Assembly: GCA_965221955.1 (NCBI GenBank)
Contig: CBDCTA010000022.1
Coordinates: forward strand, 373,734 to 437,733
Direction of reading: 5' to 3'
Length of the DNA stretch: 64,000 nt
From: Gammaproteobacteria bacterium
GTDB taxonomy: Bacteria > Pseudomonadota > Gammaproteobacteria > UBA4575
Notes under the pieces: model-generated
What the model was told of the DNA's origin: nothing
The model's database searches: none
The model's input: the letters and a program-made list of their open reading frames with translations, nothing else
Part shown: positions 10,548-20,100 of the stretch, piece by piece
How positions within the stretch are numbered: position 1 is the first letter of the stretch
Layout: the number at the start of each line of letters is the position of its first letter
Made by a program: the position numbers and the translations under genes

Positions 10548-11282
10548 TTACTTAAATAACTTTTTCTTTCTTGTAGCGCCTAGACCTAAAAGACCAAGGC
10601 CCATTAAAGCAAACGTTGCAGGTTCAGGTACTTGTGTTGTGATGCATCCACGATCATTTGTGTCACAATCACCATCATAGTTGGTGTCAAACCATGCATT
10701 ATTGCGTGGATAAAATCGTTCAATCGAACCATCAGGGTTAAAACTTGAGCTTAAGTTATAAGACGGATGAAACCAAATGCCAATATTAGTTGCGAATTGT
10801 GTGCCATCCCAGTCAGGACCTAATGCAGCATTGTTGATGGCAGTCGCATCCAAGCTAAAACCAAATACGTCACTACCGTTATCGTAAGTTGCACTGGAAT
10901 AATCTCCTAGATAGGGGTTTGCCATCCAGCTACCCGCATTATTGTTTCCATTGTAGGCATAAGCGGATAAGTTGCTTGAAGTGTAGTTGCCATAAAAAAT
11001 AGTGTATTCAAGAGGATTATTTTTTGGATTAGGGCCATCGCTGATAACTAACCAAAACCCATCAGGTGTGCTTGTGCCACTGTAATCTACTTCCCAGCTA
11101 AACTGGTTATTTGCATCATTGAAAGACGCAGAAATAGAGTCATAACCAAGATTGTTACTAGTGGCGTAACTACCACCAAATAATCCTGGATTATTTGTGT
11201 TATAGGTATAGATCGTAGCATTTGCAGTGGCTGCAAAAACGCAACTCGCAAAAAACAGTAATGCTGTTTTTGAAATGTTCAT
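10548..11282 (-). CDS. PEP-CTERM sorting-domain surface protein
   Basis: Start set to ATG 11282 (AGGAAGG RBS). Signal peptide ending ATANA, Asn/Ser/Tyr-rich body, and C-terminal VPEPATFALMGLGLLGLGATRKKK. Confidence 0.92.
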   Translation of the reverse strand: MNISKTALLFFASCVFAATANATIYTYNTNNPGLFGGSYATSNNLGYDSISASFNDANNQFSWEVDYSGTSTPDGFWLVISDGPNPKNNPLEYTIFYGNYTSSNLSAYAYNGNNNAGSWMANPYLGDYSSATYDNGSDVFGFSLDATAINNAALGPDWDGTQFATNIGIWFHPSYNLSSSFNPDGSIERFYPRNNAWFDTNYDGDCDTNDRGCITTQVPEPATFALMGLGLLGLGATRKKKLFK

Positions 11283-11405
11283 TATGTCGACTTCCTTCCT
11301 TAGAATATTGTAATTGGCAATGGCTAGGTGAGCATAAGCTAGTCCTACACTTAGCCGTAGGGATAAGTAAATCAAGGAATATACTATTGAATTAGCTTAT
11401 TTTAA

Positions 11406-11436
11406 GCAGTGAGCTTACTCACAGAAAGCTCACTGC
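11406..11436. promoter_or_regulatory. Perfect 11-bp inverted repeat (terminator or operator)
   Basis: GCAGTGAGCTT-N9-AAGCTCACTGC between the EF-hand gene and the PEP-CTERM gene. No convincing U-tract. Confidence 0.5.
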
Positions 11437-11515
11437 CAACATAAGGAATGTAAATTTATGTAAACACCATCATAGTTTTGAGAAAAAAATTACGTGGTAA
11501 AAGTAGGAAAAATAC

Positions 11516-11812
11516 TTACTTTTCGTCTGGATGAACAAATGAATCTGTCCATGGAGAAAGCTGGATAAATTCTCTAAATTCAGCACGGTTAATTAAGCCA
11601 TTTGAGTCTTCATCAAAACGATCAAAAATTTCATCTTCACCTAAGTTATAAACGGCCTTGGCCTCATCACGATCGAGGCGTTCATTGCGATTTAAATCTG
11701 CACCCCAAAAAAGACCATCTTCATAACTGCGTCCGCCACCAGACATTCCCGCGATTGAAGTGAGAGGAAGCAACACGAGTGTTGCAGCAAATAGTGCATA
11801 AATATATTTCAT
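11516..11812 (-). CDS. Small secreted EF-hand-like protein
   Basis: Signal peptide followed by DLNRNERLDRDE and FDRFDEDSNGLINRAEF Ca-binding loop-like motifs. Confidence 0.75.
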   Translation of the reverse strand: MKYIYALFAATLVLLPLTSIAGMSGGGRSYEDGLFWGADLNRNERLDRDEAKAVYNLGEDEIFDRFDEDSNGLINRAEFREFIQLSPWTDSFVHPDEK

Positions 11813-12176
11813 CGTTTTACTCCAGAATATTTTTTCTATGTGAATAGTAGACCTTATTACTAACTAAAAATTACATTCGATTGAGTAAAAAAGTTGGATT
11901 TTCTAAAATTATGCCTATAAAGAAAATAATGAAAATTTATAGGAGTATCTGTTTGCTATGACATTCAAAAAAATGAAGCCGTTTCTCTCTTAACAAACTA
12001 GCATGGCTCTCTATCCATACCTTATTAACCGAAAGAAATTTATTTAATCAGTGAGTACAGATTGAATGCAATAAAGTTCAAAGCTTTTTTATAAAATTTC
12101 TGTGTGGTTATAAGGGTATGTGGGGTATATAAAAATCAACTTCGACTAAACTAATCTTTATCTGCAAAAGTACAAT

Positions 12177-12899
12177 TTAGAATTTTAGCGTAGCAGAAAT
12201 TGGATTGTGGTCAGAAGAGTTAACGTAATGAGTGCCAGTGTTTTCAGCCTTTAAGGATCGCACATAGATATGATCTAGCAATTGACCGAAAACGGTCTTG
12301 CGGTGATCTTCCTGAAAAGACAGCGCATCTAAGCCATGTTCAAGTGCCAAAGATTCAAGAATTTTCATACGTTTTTTGCGCCAAGTATTGAAGTCACCCG
12401 ATAGAATCACGGGGCCTTCATGCTGAGCTAAAAAATCATGTATCTTATTAATTTGTTTGCGAAACTGATTTACACCAAAAGTAAAATTAATCGCATGGAT
12501 GTTTATCACAATAAGTGTTTCATCCGTACCTGATATTGCATACTCGGTAATATTAGTAGCTTTTGGTGTGGCAAGCCACGGTTCCCAACAAGTGAGATGA
12601 TGTTTTCTAAGTGGCTGATATTTACTAATGGTCATCACACCAGTGACACGTGACTTATTTCGATAGCCTTTGCTATATGATGAATGCACAGATTCACCAA
12701 CCACTTCAGCTAAGTCTGCATTTAAAAGGGCTTCTTGAATAATTACTAAGTCTTTACCTTCTGCAAGATCTAGCAAATCTTCACGCCAATTAGGTTTTTT
12801 ACCTTGTTTCATATTCCAACACAGGAAATTAATACTCGCAGCATCAAGTGCTGAGTAATTGGGTTCTAATGCGGATTTGGACGGATTATTTAGAAACAA
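12177..12899 (-). CDS. Endonuclease/exonuclease/phosphatase (EEP) family protein, YafD-like
   Basis: CWNMKQG, IIQEA, NIHAINF, SGDFNTW, LDHIYVR and SDHNP motifs. TTG start uncertain. Confidence 0.85.
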   Translation of the reverse strand: MFLNNPSKSALEPNYSALDAASINFLCWNMKQGKKPNWREDLLDLAEGKDLVIIQEALLNADLAEVVGESVHSSYSKGYRNKSRVTGVMTISKYQPLRKHHLTCWEPWLATPKATNITEYAISGTDETLIVINIHAINFTFGVNQFRKQINKIHDFLAQHEGPVILSGDFNTWRKKRMKILESLALEHGLDALSFQEDHRKTVFGQLLDHIYVRSLKAENTGTHYVNSSDHNPISATLKF

Positions 12900-13071
12900 G
12901 TGATTTCCATATCTATGTTGAAGTTAATTAGAATATCCAAAGATAACCTATTTAGAAATAATTAAAAGTAATAGACTGTATATAAGGACAAACACGAGGA
13001 ATACAAGGTTGTCTTAGAATTAATTGAAAGAAAAAATATTGAAATTGCCGAAAATAATGACCAGTTACTAC

Positions 13072-13986
13072 TCATTTTCTGCGTTCTAGCACTTCCTCAA
13101 AGCGTTTTAGCTCATCTAATGCTCTTGTATAACCAAATTCTATAAGCTCTTCGGCACGATCAAACTCAAACCAACTACATATATTGCGTGGTATTTCAAT
13201 GACGATATCTGGTCGATCCGCAGCTAGCTTAAAGCGCGCAATTGAGCTTTGCATGGTATCCATAGACTGAGTTACAAGATTGAAAAGCCCTAAATCCTGC
13301 TTACTTTTATCATTTGCACCTTTAGGTAATAGTCCTTCAATAAATTTCTCAATGCCAAGTTGATATTTATTTTTACCTTGATCTTCCGTGTCTTCGTGTT
13401 GCTCGGTTCCATGTTCTGGTTCAAAAATTTCTGCTGGACCATTTAGTCCTATTGCAACGGTTAATTCAGTATCGTCATTTAAGGTAGGTGCAATAGGGAT
13501 GGGGTTAATGATTCCACCGTCTACTAATAATCTATCTTGATATTGAACCGGTGAAAAAATCATGGGTACTGCAATTGAGGCACGAATTGCTTCAAATAAT
13601 GAACCATTAGTAAGCCAGATTTCTTTTTGCTCAAGAATATCTGTGGCTACTGCAGTGTACCCAATTGGCAAATTTTCTATCATACGATCTTTGATGATCT
13701 CATTAAGTGCCTCAATAATTTTTTCACCTTTAAATATAGATTTCCTGTTAAACGAAATATCGAGTAGACGAATAATATCTCTTCGTTTTAACTCTTTTAC
13801 CCAATCTAAATAAGTATCTAATTCGCCCGCAGCATAAATGCCACCAATTAACGCTCCCATGGAGGATCCAGAGATGTACTGAATTTCGTAATCATTTTCT
13901 TCTAAGCAATGAATTGCACCGATGTGCGCTAAACCACGTGCAGCACCACTTCCAAGTACGAGTGAAATTTTTGTTTTCTTTTTCAA
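13072..13986 (-). CDS. Patatin-like phospholipase (RssA/YchK type)
   Basis: GSGAARGLAHIG, GSSMG and DGG motifs. Lies 14 nt downstream of cls on the same strand. Confidence 0.9.
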   Translation of the reverse strand: MKKKTKISLVLGSGAARGLAHIGAIHCLEENDYEIQYISGSSMGALIGGIYAAGELDTYLDWVKELKRRDIIRLLDISFNRKSIFKGEKIIEALNEIIKDRMIENLPIGYTAVATDILEQKEIWLTNGSLFEAIRASIAVPMIFSPVQYQDRLLVDGGIINPIPIAPTLNDDTELTVAIGLNGPAEIFEPEHGTEQHEDTEDQGKNKYQLGIEKFIEGLLPKGANDKSKQDLGLFNLVTQSMDTMQSSIARFKLAADRPDIVIEIPRNICSWFEFDRAEELIEFGYTRALDELKRFEEVLERRK

Positions 13987-14000
13987 AGTCTAAATAAGTT

Positions 14001-15422
14001 TTATAAGTAAGGTGAAAATAACCATGCAATACCATCACGAACTTTAATCAGTAACGGTCGATTATCTACTTCTTCCAAAGTTACATTTTTACAAGTTAGT
14101 AAAATATTTTGAGCGTAATTACTCAATTTGGTTGCAAATTCTGCATCATAAACTTCTAAACCTACTTCATAATTTAACCTAAGACTACGAGGGTCGATGT
14201 TCGCAGATCCAATAAGGCTGTATAAATTATCGATTATGAATAATTTTGAATGAGAAAATGGTCCTGGTTGATAGAAAACATTCACTCCATTTTCAAGCAA
14301 TTCCCAAAGCATGTGGTGGGTTGCCCAGTTCACATAATTTAAGTTGTTTTTCTCTGGCAAAATAATAGTGACATTTACTCCACGAAATGCTGCAGTCTGT
14401 AATGCTGCAATCAATTCTCGGTTGGGTAAAAAATACGGTGTCATTAAAATAATAGTCTGCTTGGCAGAATTGATTGCGCTTAATAAAATGATTGATAGAT
14501 GATCTAAATTCTCACCAGGCCCATCAGTAATCGTTCGGCAAATTATTGAAGTATTTGAGTTTGGTGCACTTATATTCGTATTTTCTTTAATCTTACCTCC
14601 TACAAATTGCCAATCGGTCTCAAAAACATTTTGTAATTGATCCACTACAGGTCCAGTAACTTTAAAATGAATGTCTTTTAAAGAAGGTTTCGTATTTTCA
14701 TCGTATTGATAATATTCTTGCGAAATATTCATTCCTCCAATAAAGCTAAGGTTGCCATCTATAACTAATAACTTGCGATGGTTACGTAAATTAATACTTA
14801 AATTTAATGGTATTAGCTTCGGCGGCAAAAAGCGTAATACCTGTATGTCATTCTTTAAAAGTGTTCGCCGCACTTTTCGAAATGAGTAAAACTCCCCAAT
14901 ACCATCAATCAATACATATACCTCAACGCCACGATTTTTAGCTGCAACGAGTGCTTCAATAAATTGTTTGCCGATTTTGTCTTTTTTGAAAATATATACA
15001 CATAAATATATAAAATTTTCTGCAGAATTAATTGCACTCAGCATCGCATTATAAGTTTGCTCACCGGAATAAAACTCATCTAGCTGATTGTCTTCAGTCA
15101 AGGGTAGGCGAGTGATATGACTGGATACTTTCTCTAAGCTTTTTAATGGTTTCGGAATTTGATTCTTTAAATCACTATGCGTAATTCTCTCTTGCTTGTG
15201 TATATTGTCTTTAGGTATTGAAATGCTTAGTCGAAGTGCGCGTTTTCGGACACGATTTATTCCAAACATGAAATAAAGCAATGGGCCAAAAAAAGGTAGA
15301 AGAAAACAAACGCCAATCCAACCAAAAGCAGCTCTAGGATCTTTTTTATAAATTAAAGCGTGTGTAGCTGAATAAACAGCTACCACTAATAAAAACACAC
15401 TTATTGCATACTGATAAGGCAT
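14001..15422 (-). CDS. cls: Cardiolipin synthase (phospholipase D family)
   Basis: Two N-terminal TM helices, two HKD motifs (NHRKLLVID, HSKLFIID) and GSANIDPRSLRLNYE. Confidence 0.9.
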   Translation of the reverse strand: MPYQYAISVFLLVVAVYSATHALIYKKDPRAAFGWIGVCFLLPFFGPLLYFMFGINRVRKRALRLSISIPKDNIHKQERITHSDLKNQIPKPLKSLEKVSSHITRLPLTEDNQLDEFYSGEQTYNAMLSAINSAENFIYLCVYIFKKDKIGKQFIEALVAAKNRGVEVYVLIDGIGEFYSFRKVRRTLLKNDIQVLRFLPPKLIPLNLSINLRNHRKLLVIDGNLSFIGGMNISQEYYQYDENTKPSLKDIHFKVTGPVVDQLQNVFETDWQFVGGKIKENTNISAPNSNTSIICRTITDGPGENLDHLSIILLSAINSAKQTIILMTPYFLPNRELIAALQTAAFRGVNVTIILPEKNNLNYVNWATHHMLWELLENGVNVFYQPGPFSHSKLFIIDNLYSLIGSANIDPRSLRLNYEVGLEVYDAEFATKLSNYAQNILLTCKNVTLEEVDNRPLLIKVRDGIAWLFSPYL

Positions 15423-15512
15423 TTTGTGTGCGCGGGTGTCCCAAAACCCTTATTTTAAAATTTCAATGGTTGATGTGCACATTCGATACTATAATAATTT
15501 TGCATTATATAC

Positions 15513-15526
15513 TTGATTTATATCAA
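15513..15526. promoter_or_regulatory. FNR box (perfect), bidirectional between cls and a cytochrome c gene
   Basis: TTGATTTATATCAA, with -10-like TATAGT (15488-15493, minus) and TACTCT (15548-15553, plus) at class II spacing. Confidence 0.88.
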
Positions 15527-15581
15527 AAATAATCTGACTGTATCGATTACTCTAAAAGCGAACAAATAAGACGGAGTGAAT

Positions 15582-16040
15582 ATGAAAATTCTAAAAAAGT
15601 TTATGGCGAATAGTTTAACACTTATCGTAGTTTCCATTATTTTAACCGGCCCCACGCATGCCGGAGATTTGATGGAGCTTACTGAGACTGATGATGCCGT
15701 AATCGAGGGTGAGAAAGAGTACCAAGAGAGATGTGCACTCTGCCATGGAGAAAATGGTAAAGGAGATGGCCCATATTCTTTTGCTCTAGTTTTTAAACCT
15801 GCAGATTTGACTAAATTACTTAAGGAGGACGGCACGTTTCCTTTTTTAGAAACATATTTAATTATCGATGGGCGTGATATGAATAAATATCATGGCACAC
15901 GTTTAATGCCGATATGGGGAGATCGATATAGTCAAGAAACTTGGACTCATGTTAGTCCTGATTTTGCTAGCACCTTAATTAGGGGGCGTATATTTGAGCT
16001 GGTGTTATTCCTATATTCAATCCAAGATCCGGCACTATAA
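15582..16040 (+). CDS. Periplasmic monoheme cytochrome c (paralog 1 of 6)
   Basis: Signal peptide, CALCH, PADLTKL, GTFP, IDGR, HG...MPIWG and RGRIFEL. GGAG RBS favours ATG 15582. Confidence 0.88.
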   Translation: MKILKKFMANSLTLIVVSIILTGPTHAGDLMELTETDDAVIEGEKEYQERCALCHGENGKGDGPYSFALVFKPADLTKLLKEDGTFPFLETYLIIDGRDMNKYHGTRLMPIWGDRYSQETWTHVSPDFASTLIRGRIFELVLFLYSIQDPAL

Positions 16041-16074
16041 ATTTGTACTAATAAGAAGTTAGGAGGTATATAAA

Positions 16075-16260
16075 ATGCTAGGCGGAATTATTTTAATTAT
16101 TGCTGGAATTCTTGTAGCAGTTTACCCACCACTTTTATCGCTAATTGTAGCCTCAGTGTTAATATTATTAGGCATCATCACAGTTTCTATTGCCTATCAT
16201 AATAGGAAATTACGCAGACATTATGACAACCCTGTAATTGAGCTATTTTTTAGACTATAA
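16075..16260 (+). CDS. 61-aa two-TM small membrane protein
   Basis: Strong AGGAGG RBS and a hydrophobic hairpin (MLGGIILIIAGILVAVYPPLLSLIVAS...). Confidence 0.75.
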   Translation: MLGGIILIIAGILVAVYPPLLSLIVASVLILLGIITVSIAYHNRKLRRHYDNPVIELFFRL

Positions 16261-16296
16261 AAAAACTTTTAACAAAAAGCCTATCCTTAGTATCAG

Positions 16297-16851
16297 ATGT
16301 TTAACATCGATCAAGACGATATTAGAAGAATTTCTGGGCAACTTGATACCCTGTATACTGCTTTAAAATGCTATGTTTATTACACAGAGGTGAAAAGTAA
16401 ACTCGATATAGAAAAGAACAATGCGCAGTGCTGGGGATTTATTGAGTTTACCTTGATGTATACGATGCTAATAAATTGGAATGAAATATTTGGCATCAAT
16501 GCTAAAGGAAATCACTGGAAAGAACTTACTTTTGAGCAAGATGAATATATAGATAAACTCTATGATTCGGGGGGATATACCTATGCAAGTTGGTCTGAAT
16601 ATCGCCGTAAAATAAATGATCTTTGTAATACGTTTATTTCGTTTCCAGATCCATACCATCATAAAAATCAAGAGTATGATTTAACAGGCATAAAAGTTTC
16701 ACTAGAAGTCACCCATCATTGGCTACATAAGATTGTAGCTGATGCCAGCGATATTCTTAGTAACGAAGAAGCAGAGAAATGGCCGATTGCCAATATCAAT
16801 TATATTGAGGAGCTAAAAAAAGAAATTCAGGCTGTTTTTAATAATGCATAG
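16297..16851 (+). CDS. Hypothetical protein (possible degenerate HEPN-like helical domain)
   Basis: 184-aa ORF. The pattern INWNEIFG...HWK and DLCNTFISFPD sits where an RNxxxH motif would be. Family assignment is inference. Confidence 0.6.
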   Translation: MFNIDQDDIRRISGQLDTLYTALKCYVYYTEVKSKLDIEKNNAQCWGFIEFTLMYTMLINWNEIFGINAKGNHWKELTFEQDEYIDKLYDSGGYTYASWSEYRRKINDLCNTFISFPDPYHHKNQEYDLTGIKVSLEVTHHWLHKIVADASDILSNEEAEKWPIANINYIEELKKEIQAVFNNA

Positions 16852-16874
16852 CTATTTATAGTATGAAGATATGA

Positions 16875-17312
16875 TTATCTTTTATTATTTTTATTATGTA
16901 TAAGCTGTTGCATTTGTAGATAGGTGAAAGACGCTGTCCATGCGATGAGTACTAAACCGGTTAAAGCTTCGGAACCTGCGGTAAATCGAATGTGACCAAC
17001 AGGTACAATGTCTCCATAGCCTAGAGACGTATAATTCACAAAAGAAAAATATACGCAATCTAATATCGTATTGCTAAATTCGCCAATTACTTCACCCGTA
17101 TTATTGAGTGGCAGCAAAAAATAATATAAAAATGAAAACATCCATACTTCTATTACATGGGTAAGGATGACGATAAGTACGCCTACGGGTAATAGCAGCC
17201 TCGAGGGCCATGAACGCTTAAAATGTTTTTCAGCGAGATGAGTCAACACTTCATAATGAAGCGCAACGGCTAACACGATAACTAATATCGTGCTGATAAA
17301 AACGACTGGCAT
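16875..17312 (-). CDS. Small K+ channel-like protein (Ion_trans_2)
   Basis: Pore motif YFSFVNYTSLGYGDIVP flanked by TM helices. Confidence 0.85.
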   Translation of the reverse strand: MPVVFISTILVIVLAVALHYEVLTHLAEKHFKRSWPSRLLLPVGVLIVILTHVIEVWMFSFLYYFLLPLNNTGEVIGEFSNTILDCVYFSFVNYTSLGYGDIVPVGHIRFTAGSEALTGLVLIAWTASFTYLQMQQLIHNKNNKR

Positions 17313-17364
17313 TTAGGATATTTAGTTTTAAATTTATCAAAAAATATCTATAAGCCAGACAACT

Positions 17365-17502
17365 TTACCAATTAAATAAAGCGATTACGACCCAAAAAAC
17401 TACAGAAAGTCCTACACATAAAACGGCGACTTCAAACCAATTTTCTTTAGTAAAAGTAGCCAATTCATGGCAGAACTGATCAAATCTTGATGCGTATTTC
17501 AT
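17365..17502 (-). CDS. 45-aa single-TM small protein (not in the ORF track)
   Basis: MKYASRFDQFCHELATFTKENWFEVAVLCVGLSVVFWVVIALFNW*. GGAG RBS 7 nt upstream; degenerate TGA-N6-TCA site at 17587-17600. Confidence 0.6.
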   Translation of the reverse strand: MKYASRFDQFCHELATFTKENWFEVAVLCVGLSVVFWVVIALFNW

Positions 17503-17637
17503 TGCTAATCTCCATTTGTTTAAATAAGTAACAAGTCATTACTTGCTGACTTAAATTCAATACTAAGCCAACAATTAAAAATTGATCTGAGCTAAGTCAA
17601 TATCAGCTATACAAATGAATAATTGGGGATTAATTAT

Positions 17638-18717
17638 TTAGCTTCCCGTGGTGATCATGTTTATTAGCCAAGCTAATAGAATGACTTGAGGGACAGCAAT
17701 TAGCGGTAGAAATAATGCAATTTTCCAAGACTTAGTCGTATCACGTAACACCATAATCTCAGTGTAATCGGTAGATACACCCGTCATTAGAAAAGCGAAG
17801 CTATTCCCTGGTGCATTCGCGCGGGTCAATATATCTGCTGCAATGGGAGTGGAGCCTTCAGAACACACCTCTATCACGGTTGCAGCAATCAGAGTTAAGG
17901 CAAGTCCCATTACTGTCGGGCCAAAATAAGTTTGAAAGGTATCAGCATCCAAAAGTACTCGAACCAATCCTGCTAGTAATACACCAAATAATATCCAACG
18001 TATTACCATGCGTGATTCCATCACGCCATCTTTTAGCATCCCCCAAAAAAAAGATGTGCTAAACGTTGTAGCATTCCATCTAGATTTTGCTTCACGCCAG
18101 AATTGAAAGTTTTTGGGCAAGTCAATTTTATGGATATTATCCGGAAGTACTTTTGCAATGACTAACTTATCAAAAATGAGTCCAGTAATGATTGCAACCA
18201 ACATAGAAGCTGCAATAAATAATAGCGTCCATTTCAGTCCGACTAATGCGATTAAAATCAGCGTCAGCGAAAATGAATTCCATGGGCTCGCAACCAAAAA
18301 TGCCATCACTTGCCCTGCACTGACTCCTCTTTCATATAATTTTGCCCCGACCATTAAAATGCCATGACTGCATAAATCCAGTAACACACCACCTATGGTG
18401 GCGCGCAAGATGCCACGTAAGCCATTACCTGTTCCAAGCAAGGAAACCACAAACTCTCTTGGAACCTTAGTTAATATCGCGACCATAACCATCCCAATGG
18501 CGATCCCCCACCAAATAGTATTAATTAATTCAAAAGTAGAATGGCTTAATGAAGCCAGCGGTGAGATCGAAGAAATTTGGCTAGAAAAAAGCCAATGTAA
18601 ACAATAAAGCACTATTGAGAGGATTAAAGTGCTCCAAAGCAAATAATCAGGCCGACCTTTTTTTACATCGCAGCATGTGTTCTGCTTCGTAGTCTCTACA
18701 TGACAATGCTCGCTCAT
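17638..18717 (-). CDS. DUF318/ArsP-family permease
   Basis: Internal repeat motifs LDLCSHG and IEVCSEGSTPI, AFLVASP, and an N-terminal HCH...CC metal-binding-like tail. Confidence 0.8.
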   Translation of the reverse strand: MSEHCHVETTKQNTCCDVKKGRPDYLLWSTLILSIVLYCLHWLFSSQISSISPLASLSHSTFELINTIWWGIAIGMVMVAILTKVPREFVVSLLGTGNGLRGILRATIGGVLLDLCSHGILMVGAKLYERGVSAGQVMAFLVASPWNSFSLTLILIALVGLKWTLLFIAASMLVAIITGLIFDKLVIAKVLPDNIHKIDLPKNFQFWREAKSRWNATTFSTSFFWGMLKDGVMESRMVIRWILFGVLLAGLVRVLLDADTFQTYFGPTVMGLALTLIAATVIEVCSEGSTPIAADILTRANAPGNSFAFLMTGVSTDYTEIMVLRDTTKSWKIALFLPLIAVPQVILLAWLINMITTGS

Positions 18718-18920
18718 GAATACCCTTTAATGATCAGCTAAAAATGGTTGGTAAGTATTCTACTATTAACTTGCCAGCTAATCAGAGGAGTATCGAATAT
18801 GCTCACAAATACTATAGAGATTTCTCCAAGCATGATTGATTTAAATTAGGTTATTCCAAGAGTGTGTATTTGCTAGTGATCTATAAAATTAAATGAGAAT
18901 AACGTAAGTATATTATGTGT

Positions 18921-19313
18921 TTATGGATTATTGTTGTTTAATATCGACTGCATCCGCTCAATAAAATCTCTTTCCACAATTGGTTTTTCAATAAAATCTG
19001 CAGCGCCTGCTTGTATGGCTTTTACCGCTGTGTTCACACTGTTGTCACCATCAGCTAGGACCACAACAGGTGTAGACAAGCCATGTTCACGCATTTGTTT
19101 GATAAACGTTATACCATCAGTATTATTCAGCTTAATTTCGGTAATTAAACAGGCTGGAGTTTCAGAAATCGGTGCGGTTAAAAATGCTTTAGCATTATCA
19201 AAAGTTTTCACTTCGGCAGGAATTTTTTTCAGCAATTGAGTAATTTGATCGCGAGTATCCTCATCGTCTATGATGAGATGGATAGGTTTCCTTTTGTTTA
19301 ATTTCCAAATCAT
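18921..19313 (-). CDS. Single-domain receiver protein, FixT-like (phospho-Asp replaced by Glu)
   Basis: IIDDED, CLITEIKL (E where FixJ has CILADVRM) and DFIEKP. Directly downstream of fixJ with its own FNR box. Confidence 0.8.
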   Translation of the reverse strand: MIWKLNKRKPIHLIIDDEDTRDQITQLLKKIPAEVKTFDNAKAFLTAPISETPACLITEIKLNNTDGITFIKQMREHGLSTPVVVLADGDNSVNTAVKAIQAGAADFIEKPIVERDFIERMQSILNNNNP

Positions 19314-19402
19314 TGATAATTGTAATAGCTGCTATACGACTACACCTCAGGGTTTCAACCTGCCCTAACTAAAAGAATGACATAGATCAGAAGATCAAAA
19401 TA

Positions 19403-19416
19403 ATGATCTCAATCAA
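19403..19416. promoter_or_regulatory. FNR box (1 mismatch) upstream of the FixT-like gene
   Basis: ATGATCTCAATCAA, plus a weaker TGA-N6-TCA site at 19377-19390. Confidence 0.7.
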
Positions 19417-19494
19417 TTTTTTTCTATTTGGATCGCTTGGAGTGTTTATTTTGTGTCTAAACGGACTTGTTTGACTTAGCTAAGAGGACAATGA

Positions 19495-20100
19495 CTAAGA
19501 ATTGAGCATAATTTTAACCAGCTCAGCTACAGATTTTGCACCCAGTTTCTCCATAGCGTGCGAGCGGTGGATTTCGACTGTGCGATCACTAATATCCAGT
19601 TCCCGTGCAATCACTTTATTAGCTTTACCTTCTAAAACTAAATCAACTACTTCCTTCTCACGTGCAGTAAGCGTATTTACTCGATTTTGGTTAGCCAGTA
19701 GGTTTTCACGCAATTTTCGATTCGCAAGGTCTTTTTCTAGTGCTTGAGTGACGCAATCGAGTAGTTCTTGATCTCGAAATGGCTTTTGTAAAAATTCAAA
19801 TGCACCATCCTTCATCGCTTGAACTGCCATAGTAATATCGCCATGGCCTGTCATTATGATTAACGGTTGAGGTGCTTTTAATTCGATTAATTTGTGTTGC
19901 AATTCAATGCCACTCATACCAGGCATGCGCACATCTGCAAGAATGCAGCCAGATACGTTTTCATTAAATTCATTCAAAAAATTAACTGCCGAGTCATAAG
20001 CTTGAGTTTGTAATCCAATAGATTCAATTAATTCTACCAAGCTGTCGCGTACATCTTCATCGTCATCAATAATGTATACAATTTTTTGTTCTTCACTCAT
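19495..20100 (-). CDS. fixJ: FixJ-family response regulator (REC plus LuxR HTH)
   Basis: IIDDDEDVRDSL, CILADVRMPGMSG, MTGHGDITMAV and LTAREKEV...ANKVIARELDISDRTVEIHRSHAMEKL. Confidence 0.9.
   Translation of the reverse strand: MSEEQKIVYIIDDDEDVRDSLVELIESIGLQTQAYDSAVNFLNEFNENVSGCILADVRMPGMSGIELQHKLIELKAPQPLIIMTGHGDITMAVQAMKDGAFEFLQKPFRDQELLDCVTQALEKDLANRKLRENLLANQNRVNTLTAREKEVVDLVLEGKANKVIARELDISDRTVEIHRSHAMEKLGAKSVAELVKIMLNS

Noticed and set aside
11958-11993. 11-codon ORF (MTFKKMKPFLS) after an AGGAG
   Set aside because: RBS spacing is long (12 nt), the peptide is featureless, and there is no supporting context.
18836-18849. FNR-like TTGATTTAAATTAG upstream of the DUF318 permease
   Set aside because: The right half-site lacks the core TCA, and such matches are common in AT-rich DNA.
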